From Camelus ferus (Eukaryota): a DNA stretch of 64,000 bases. The DNA lies in assembly GCF_009834535.1 (NCBI RefSeq), contig NC_045711.1, forward strand, positions 28,644,001 to 28,708,000, read 5' to 3'. Position numbers and translations under genes: made by a program. The notes below the pieces were generated by a model that had not been told where the DNA came from, searched no databases, and worked only from the letters and a program-made list of their open reading frames with translations. How positions within the stretch are numbered: position 1 is the stretch's first letter; each line of letters begins with the position of its first letter. Positions 13,716 through 22,289 of the stretch are shown here, one piece after another.

Positions 13716-14581
13716 CCGCCCATGACGGTCACACGCACCATTAGTCTTTCCTGCCTGAAGAATATTTCAGTAATGTATACGTTATCAGGCGTCTGCAGGT
13801 CCAACAGAGGTTATGTATGCGAAGGGATGCATAATAAACTATTTTAAGAACCAAACTGAAAAAACAGACCTCCTTATTCAGTCCGGTGAGATGTCTACAG
13901 TGGCCACAGCAGGACTTATCCAAAAATTATTTACACATTATAGTGGAAAACTTTAGGTGGCTTTGAAAAAGATGATGCAATGATCAAGTATAAACCTAAA
14001 GTCAGTTGCATCTGAGTCTAAAAGAACTCTTGGCGTTTGATCCAACGACAGAGGCTGTCACGACCACAGATCTGTAGTGAGGAGGAGCTGGGGCCCCAGG
14101 GCTTTAACAGGTTAACAGAACTGCCTTTGTGTTCCTCTGCTGAAACGCCCTCCTTTGCTTCTGTGGCTTCATATATTGTTCTGACTTCAGGGTAACCGGA
14201 CATCTGAAAAGAAATGAACACTGCACGCAGCCGAACGAGCGAAAGAACTAGTGAGTGAATACATGTTCAGAGAACTGAGGGGCACCACCTTGATGTGAGC
14301 AAAAGCGCTCCAGGAAACCAGTCATTCCTTTCTGGCCTGCTACAGGCAGCCTGTTGAGCAGTACTTTGTTAAAATCCAGCGTACAAAGTCGAACTTTCTA
14401 AGTTAGAAGCTTGCACTTTTGAGTGAGATTTAATAAAGCATGTATTCATCTGCAGAATCATAAGCACCTAACAAAGCCCATCTGTTTTAATTCAAGGGTA
14501 GGAAAGTTTGACATTTGTTAGAAGCATTAAAATGTAATAAGCTGATCTTTAGCATTGGATTTGTTTTTAATGACAATTTGC

Positions 14582-14612
<31 letters not shown>

Positions 14613-15119
14613 AAAAAGAATGGGGCTAATAATGTTTTATTGATGGTACATAAAAGTTATCCCAAATAATTTATCTACCTGAAAGCCAACATTCTTCCAC
14701 AATACATTTCTGTTCTTGTTCTTACTGTTTGATTTGGTTTGATTTTAAAATTGCTTTTGATTAAGTTATATAAATATATACATATGAAATTAACAGATTG
14801 ACCCTCTCACCCTCATTCATGTTACTTAATTTTTATTATTTTGTAGGCAATCAGTTACTTTCAGAAAGCTATATAGAGCTATGCATCTACTTATACACCT
14901 AACCACTCACATGGAGTTCATTACTATAAAAGTCATCACCAGGGGATGATGGATAAAAATCTACTTTCCACAGGTAAACAGATGGGAAGTATTTAAAAAC
15001 AATCTCTTTAAAAAATGCAATTTTTTTAAAAATGTGGCTATGAATGAAAATAATTGAAACTAACAGAGTATGGACTGTTATTGTTCAGTTCTATTAGCTG
15101 GGAAGGACAACTGTATGGG

Positions 15120-15275
15120 AGTTAAAGCATAGACTCAGGAAACAGACTTCAACTATTATCTGTGTTATCACTCAACGCCTTGGGTACCTCACCTGTAAAA
15201 TGGGGATTCAGACAGTATATCCCAAGACAATCCTGGTAACCGATTTTGCACAGTGCTTGGCACATATTAAGAACT
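15120..15275. mobile_element. MIR SINE
   Basis: Contains acctcacctgtaaaatgggga...cacagtgcttggcacata. Confidence 0.7.
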
Positions 15276-18200
15276 CAAACTTTAGAAGCAGGAACCCAAA
15301 AATTGATAGGGAAGAAGGAAGAAAGAGCAATTCTGGGTTTGAGTGCGTGCGTGCATGCGTGCGTACACACCTGTGTGTACTTAAGCCCAGAGCGCTTCCG
15401 AAAAATCTATGTCTTTTTAATTCTCTTAGGTATTTGCTTTCAGAAAATGAGGTCATTTATTCTGTGTTAAGCTCAGGAAACATAGCACTGGAAAGCTCCC
15501 TTACAACTGGGCACTGGAGACTTAAAATTTGATTTAAATACATTTCTCACTTTTCCCCAGCAAGGTATTGTAGTAGTGGATAAAGCCATCTCAGAGTTTT
15601 CAAATCTCAGAGACTTCGAATCAGTGATAGGTTAATAAACTATTGCTGTCCTGTGATTCTAGCTTTTGCCCTAAAAGATTGCTCAGGTTCTTGTCTTTTT
15701 CCTGTAGGCTTCCTTTGTACTGTTTTGTCTTTCTTTATAAGCTCTCTCACATTTGAGGAATATAATACATCTTTTTTTTTTTTATTAGACCCAGCCTTCT
15801 CCTTCTAAATCACCACCCACCGACATAAATTTTAAAAGCCAAGGAAAAAAATACTTTCAACAAGAGCAAGCAGACACCCAAGGGCATGTCTCAGCCACAT
15901 CCGTTGTCACCAGTGCCACCCGCGAAGCCCAACTCCCTTGGCATTACCAAAGGCACTGCAGGAGGGAAAAGCTTGGGAAGTGCTGACAGAGAGGTGGGAG
16001 AAACTTAACCTGTTGGCAAACAGTAGACAGACATGAAAATAGAACCAAGCAGATATATCCAGTTCTCCACCACCTCTCCTCAAAGGACCTCACTCGAGTC
16101 AATATCACCTTGGCTCCCATGACAACCCCCTGACGAAGATAGATAGATGTCAAATATGCTTTTGCTCCTGAGACCTCCTGGCATAGGCAGAGAACACAAA
16201 TGCAAAACTCAGGCCAAGCTCACCTCCTGCTCTACCACTTAATGAAAAAGCCACAGAATCTAGGCTTGCTGGCCCAGGCTGCGCGTCTTGTCTCCGCAGG
16301 GCTGTCAGCACCCTCTACAAACGCAGGTTGACAAGATTAAGAAAGCAGTTTCTACTGGCATTTTTATGCCCTGTGAAACACATGCTCTGTTTTTACTCAA
16401 GCGTGACACCAGAGTTACAGGATCTTCTGGGGATGCGTGACAATGACTTCTGACCACAGGATTAGGGTCTCCACATGTAAAACTTGGTTGAACCAACAGC
16501 CAGGGAGTCAGGGCCTTTCTCTGAAGAGAAGATTAGAGGAACATGTAGTGAATTTGAGCCAGGATGTCAACTCTAGAAAAATCAGTGCTTGCTCCTGTAA
16601 TCTCAAACTCTAAAATAAATCCCCAGGCTTGGCTCACAGGTTCAACAATGAATTCCTTCTATTTAATAGGGTGCTGTTTGCCGTGGAGAAGGAAAAGACG
16701 GTTACTTTGGGGGTCACTTCTGCCTTTAAAAAATTTCATAACAAAATTCGCCAAAAAATTATTCTACCTAGCTCAGAATCCCAAATTATACACACGTGTG
16801 AGTGACATTCATTGCACTGCAGTGGTTAACAGTTAAGCTCTAAAATCCTGTCATCTTCCTCTGATGGTCTTTTCCTCTGCTTAAGGGACGGTAATCATAG
16901 CAACTGCTCCTTTGAGCACATTTGAAGGTTAAAGAAAAGTCTTATCTGTGAAAGTTCGGCGCACAGACCAGACACCGGTTATATACTCCATACGTATAGC
17001 GATGACACTTTTTCTAGCTGTTTTGCGTCCATAATGACTGCTTTATTCTGTGTTCATATAGAACATATTTACTCTATGTATTCTGTGTTCTATGTGGTTA
17101 AAAAAAATTACTCTCCTGGAAGGTAGGAACTTTATGGAAGGAAAACAGTAAATTATTCCCCCAGAAAAATTAGGAGGCGGGTAGAGAGATTTTAAGGTTC
17201 AGCTGTCTGCATTTTCTGTGTCTCTGAATGTGAACAGTTCTTCCTCAAGAAGGAAATAAGCCTGAGGGACTAAGAGCTGGGAATGTGTTGATATTCACAT
17301 TACACAGAGCTGGGAGGGGCAGCCTATAACCCCCAGAAACTCACAGTTTCTTCTTTAAGTTGAGATTCCTTTAGCCAACTGGGTGAAATCAAGTGTTTCC
17401 AGCTCCTGTCTTGATGTTTTAGGTACTAACCCCAAGCCTCAAAATAGTAGTCTGACTCTCCTCTGATACCAAGATGTCACATAAACGGAATAGACATGGA
17501 GTCAAAACCTTGGAGCGAGCTAGCTGTGCGGCTTCCTGGCATGTGACATTAAACCCTCTGACCCACAGCTTCCTGAGCTCAGAGATTTTTGCTCCCGTGT
17601 GCTATTCACATCCAGGTATTTGGGCCAAGTAGAAACAACTTTCGCTTCATTTTATTGCTTTTCCTGAAAAGTTATGTTTACAAATATCCTAGTATACAGC
17701 TAATAGATGACTGAAAACCAACCTGAAAAACGTGTGGATTATCAACTCAGGCTGCTTTGGGTTTTTTGTTAATTTTGAACACTAAGAAGCGTCAGGCTCT
17801 ATTTTTTTTTTTTCTTCCTTTTTCACATCACGCATTCAGAAAAGAAACACAACACGGTATGTCTTAGTCGTGGAAAAAACTCTTCCACTTTTATGTAAAA
17901 AAGAAAATATTTCAAGATGCACCAATTGTGATAGTTAGGGCACACCTAGAAAAAACCTCCCATCAGATTTTTTTTTTCCTCCCAGAGTATTTCTTTCTAT
18001 GTCTGTCCTCATGGGCTTGTGAGAAGCCTTATCTAACAAGATGACTCTTGAAGGTCATTTCTCTCCAATCAGCCACACTTTGCTCGTTCAGCTTCTGTCT
18101 GGCTTCCCTCTCTTGGTTTCTTTTTAAGCTGAACATGATTGAAATGAAATGAAATCAACCTGCCCTGAAAGCCTGTTTCCTAGCACCCAGTGGGCGCTAT

Positions 18201-18715
18201 TTGAATTTTATTACTTTTTAAAGATTCACCCAGGCTTTCAGTAACATGAAAGTAAATGACCTCAGAGTGGCAGCTTTTAGGCTTAAAAGACTTACACTCT
18301 AAAGCGGCAACTTTTGTAATCCTCCTCCCCTTGAAAGGCTGCAAAGCCTCCTCGGATGTATATGTTTAACAATTTTTATTCTCCTGTGAAAAATGAGGAT
18401 GTTTATCTCTCTCTGCCGAAATCGTCAAAAGACCCAGATAGAAATTTTTTCCATTACAAGTCTCCGTTCCTGCCCTGTCATTTTAGGTAGAATAAATGAG
18501 CAGGATCTGATCACAGTTTTGCAACTGTGAAATAACTCCTGAGTGACGGCAAACATCACAGCCACTCCACCTCTACCTGCACAGCACGACTCATGAGGCC
18601 CCTGGAACACTTCCTACAGGACATCATTCTTCCCTTCGCGATGCTATGGTTGCTTTGCAATCAGATGGATACGTGGGACACAGGTACATGTAATGCTTAG
18701 CCTCCAAAGAGTTCT

Positions 18716-18745
18716 GGGCTGGGCTGGGCTGGGCTGGGCTGGGGG
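18716..18745. repeat. (GGGCT)5 pentamer microsatellite
   Basis: Five GGGCT units followed by GGGGG. Confidence 0.95.
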
Positions 18746-19514
18746 TGGAGAAGGTGATTCGGTGCCAAAGCACAGCTCAGCTGCCAGATGTCCAGGAAGG
18801 ACAGCTGCCGCCTGGGGTTTGCCTCATAAGGGCGGCTGTCTAATTTCAGCAGAAACCGCAGGGGGAAAGAGTAGTGAGCACACCTAAACCTGCCTTCAGA
18901 AACCCTCGTCTTTGCCTCTCCATCCTTCAGTGCTGCTGAGTGCGGGGATTCAGACACTAACGGTACCCAGTCACATCTTGCCGGGTGCTCTGCATACACA
19001 GAGAGTCAGCTGGCTTCAATCAAGGTAGGTTGAGTGGAAGTGAAGGGACTCAACCCAATGACTGTGAGAACAAGGCCTGAATTGGCCAGGGGTTGGTCTT
19101 CGCTGAAGAAAATGCCTGTACCTGTCATCAGTCACCCAGAGAGCAAGTGGGGTGTTCGTCAAGATCTCATACTGGGAAGGGACCTGACAACAGAACATAA
19201 AAACATCAGTGCCATTTTCTGCCCATTGAAACTGAATGCAAATGCATCTGGGGTCAAGATGTTCTGAAATGTATGATTATTCTGGTGTAACTATATCCCA
19301 AAATTTGCATTGCTCTGTCTATTTACAAATGAATTTTAGCCATCTTGTGTGAGCCTTCACTGGTACTGAGGAGTGGCCTCTATCTTCTTTTGGATTCCTC
19401 TAACGAACTCCCCACAATTTCTAACAATTATTTCCAATTCTCCATTTCCTAGAATTGATCCATCTTCTCTCACTTTCAACAAATCTTTGGCTCTTTACTG
19501 AGAAAAATCCAGGT

Positions 19515-20084
19515 CATACTATTTATCGATGGCTGCATAACCACCATCCCCCAAATTTAGTGGCGTAAAAATAACACATCATTTAACTTGCACATGATTC
19601 TGTGGGTTGGTTTGCCAAGGTCTGGTTAGGAAAGCCTCTCTTGTGTTGGCAACGGGGCTTGGTCAGGTGGATGCAGGCTGGGCTGGAGGCTTCAAAGTGG
19701 CTTCCTGCACACATCTGGTCCCTCAGAGAGAACCAGGATGCTGAGGCCTTTCATCTTCCAGGCCCTTCCTCCTCTTGCGGGCTTTCCCCCTTCAGGATGT
19801 CACACTCTCCCCACGTGGTCCCTTCTAGCAGTGTAGCCAAAACTTATTTACATGGTCAACTGAGACTCTAAACAAGGAAAGGCAGCATCTGCCAAATCTC
19901 TTAAACCCTAGGCCCAGAAATGGGGTTCATAACTTCCACCACCTTCTAGCAACCAAAGCAATTCTCAGGCCAGAGAATACTCAAGGGAAGAGGAAATACA
20001 CTCCATCTCTTGGATGGAGAGCAACATTTACATCAAAGAACGGGAGGAATTACTGGCATCTATCTTTGCCGACAACTGAACACA
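19515..20084 (-). mobile_element. MLT1 solo LTR (older MLT1H-K-like)
   Basis: Contains gctgcataac...cccaaatttagtggcgtaaaa...catgattctgtgggt and gggaagaggaaatacactccatctcttggatgg, typical of old MLT1 in reverse orientation. Confidence 0.75.
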
Positions 20085-20320
20085 TAGATCATGCCATGAG
20101 TTCTAGAAATACAAACACAGGGGCCCAGGCAGGGGCAGGGCAGGGCAGGAATACATGTAGGAATTCACTATGCATTAAAATGGTATGACCCAAATAATTG
20201 GAGAAAAGGATCTGGCTAATAAATTGTGTTAAAACCACTAGTTAAACATTAAGAAAAAAAAATCCAGTGAAATTAAAGAATACAATTGGATAAATAAAAT
20301 TGTAGAGAGCCGTAAAAAAC

Positions 20321-20456
20321 ACTTTTTATCAGAACGTGGAAGAGAATTTAAACAAAGTGAAAAAAAGACATAAAAGTAAATTCCGACTTTTTATCAGAAT
20401 GCGGAAGAGAGTTTAAAGATAAAATGGGGGGAAAAAAAAGACAAACGTAAATTCTG
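20321..20456. repeat. Imperfect ~65-bp tandem duplication
   Basis: actttttatcagaa...ggaagaga.tttaaa...aaaaaaagaca...gtaaattc starts at both 20321 and 20386. Confidence 0.85.
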
Positions 20457-20738
20457 ATTGGTCTGACAAATCTTACCATACACAAACTTTAAAAGTAGAT
20501 AGCAAAGCCTCTCCTGTTCTCCCTCGATTTAAAATGAATATAGAAGAGACTGTTGCTCCCATGCCAAGAATGCAGGTGGCGGAAACCAGGTAGTTTATAA
20601 AAGCGTAGCCTTTTTTGAGGTTTCACAGCAACCAAACGAGCGGAACTCCCAGGGGTCCCAGCAACACGAACGAGAGCGCAAACCCCCCGTTTCACCCGGG
20701 GCGGGATGAGCACGGGGCGTCAGCCACCGCCCCAGCAG
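20454..20738 (+). ncRNA. Putative antisense transcript promoter and first exon
   Basis: CTGATTGG (inverted CCAAT) at 20454-20461, TATAAAAG at 20596-20603, and a consensus donor CCAGCAG|GTAAGA with the exon ending at 20738. Motif evidence only. Confidence 0.4.
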
Positions 20739-21532
20739 GTAAGAAAGAAGCCAAAACTTTGTAACAAATTTCTAAAAACCGACAGGACAGCCGAGAGTCC
20801 CCGGGAGCCCCAGACCCGGACCAGGCCCACGCTGGCCCGCAGCCTCGTTTTCACGGACCTCCCCGGCGGGCAGGAGAGATGTGGGGGGCAAGGCGAGAAG
20901 CCTCGGGGAGCCCCCGCCGGCGGCACTCAGCACGGAACCACCCCCACGGCCCTGGAACCAGGCAAACACGCCAAGTCACTGGGGCAGGGGCGGGCCACCT
21001 TTCTCGCCCAAAGGGTCCGAGATTCGCTGCCTCGGAGACACACAGAACAGCAGGCAGCACCGCCGAAGGACTAAGGCTGGACAGAAACCCACCTCTCCGG
21101 CCTCCGGCCTCCAGCCACAAGCAAACGTGAACTGCGCGGAAGCAAAAAAGGTCGCCCCCCCCCCGGGGGGGGTGACAATCCCCGGCTGGAGAAGGGGCAG
21201 TGACGCTCCTGCCCTCAGTCTCAGGCCGTGGTCCAGTGCTGCTGGGGAAGGAACAAGGAAAACGCTTCTGCTTCTGGGGGAGAGACAGGAAAATTCTTAC
21301 GCAAGGACCCCCCCCCCCCCCCCCGCCCCATACAAGGTAGAATTTGGATGTCACAGTGGAGGGGCAGGAATGCGAGCAGAGCCCCGTCCTCAAGTTGCAG
21401 CAGGCACGCCAAGGAGGCCGAAGACTGGGGCTGGAACGAACCCCCCTGCCCACCCCGGGTCCTGCACCAAGGAACAAGCCACAGAAACTCACCACCCGGA
21501 GAGGGGCAAGAGCAAAAAAGGAGAACTCTTAC

Positions 21533-21630
21533 CTGCTGGCGTCCTGCAGGACCGCCGGGAAGCTCCGGTGGGGGCAGCGCGCTGAGAACAAGCCTCCAGC
21601 GACGCGGGATGCGCGCAGGGCAGCGGGCTC
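21533..21630 (-). other. Putative non-coding first exon of an unidentified minus-strand gene with a very long first intron
   Basis: Minus strand reads ...GGACGCCAGCAG|GTAAGAG, a strong donor (intron starts at 21532). It lies ~100 nt downstream of TTTAAA (21653-21658) and CCAAT (21696-21700). No ATG in the exon, and the TSS is estimated. No coding exon was recognised in the 21 kb to the left. A gene with a non-coding exon 1, a >21 kb intron 1 and empty upstream DNA (CDC42EP3-type layout) would fit, but that is an unverified guess, so no symbol is given. Confidence 0.6.
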
Positions 21631-21643
21631 GGCCCGCCTACCA

Positions 21644-21706
21644 CGCGGGGAGTTTAAAGCCTCCGGCTACTTAAGGCAATTAGCCGCAGCGAAGCCCAAT
21701 GGGCTT
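21644..21706 (-). promoter_or_regulatory. Core promoter: TTTAAA (TATA-like or CHR) plus CCAAT box
   Basis: CGCGG-GGAG-TTTAAA at 21644-21658 and GCCCAATGGG with CCAAT at 21696-21700. Confidence 0.5.
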
Positions 21707-22289
21707 GATTGCCGACTGGATTGACTCAATTACCCCCACTAAGGAGCTGCAAGAGGAACAGGTGTGCTCATTTAAGGGCAGACTTTTTAGTGTTTACCGC
21801 AGTCTCTTCTATTATATGGAACCAACGTCCGGTATCCCGGTATCCGAACAAGAATGTTAGAAAAGGAGGAAAGAAGGGAAAAAGGAAGGAAAGAAAGTAA
21901 AAACAAGGCAGCAAACAGAGCCAGATTCCGAGATAAGACTGATGTGAGAAATAACAAACAGGGAATTTTTAGGACTAGGATTAATATGTTAACATATCTA
22001 GTGTAAAAGGTAGACAACATGTATGGACAGATGGGAAAATATGAAAAAAGAATTAAACAGAAATGCTGGGGGGTGGGGTGGGAATTAAACGATGTCATAT
22101 GAGAAATAAATACTCCTTCCATGAGCTTACCAGCAGATGTGATGTTAGAAGACTCGATGCACTTGAAGATATGTCATAAAAATTATTAAAACAGAAAAAA
22201 AAAAGTTAAAAAAATATCCTGCAGCAGGCCAGAGCTGCAGGAAAGAGCAAATGGTTGAACATATATGCAGTTGGAGTCTCAGTAAAAAA

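Larger units (their letters stand above)
20640..21720. promoter_or_regulatory. CpG island / promoter region
   Basis: Abrupt rise in GC and CpG density (gcgcgc, cgcggg, ccgccg) against AT-rich flanks. No interspersed repeats. Contains CCAAT, TATA-like motifs and consensus splice donors. Confidence 0.9.

Noticed and set aside
21533-21720. Assignment to GAS2L3 prompted by the CHR-like promoter
   Set aside because: From memory, NR1H4 3' coding exons lie shortly upstream of GAS2L3, and GAS2L3 coding exons begin within about 21 kb downstream. Neither was recognised here.
20706-21724. Long overlapping ORFs (214, 234, 148, 126, 122 aa) in the CpG island
   Set aside because: They are open in several frames on both strands, Pro/Gly/Arg/Ala-rich and without a recognisable domain. 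This is the expected result of stop-codon scarcity in GC-rich DNA.
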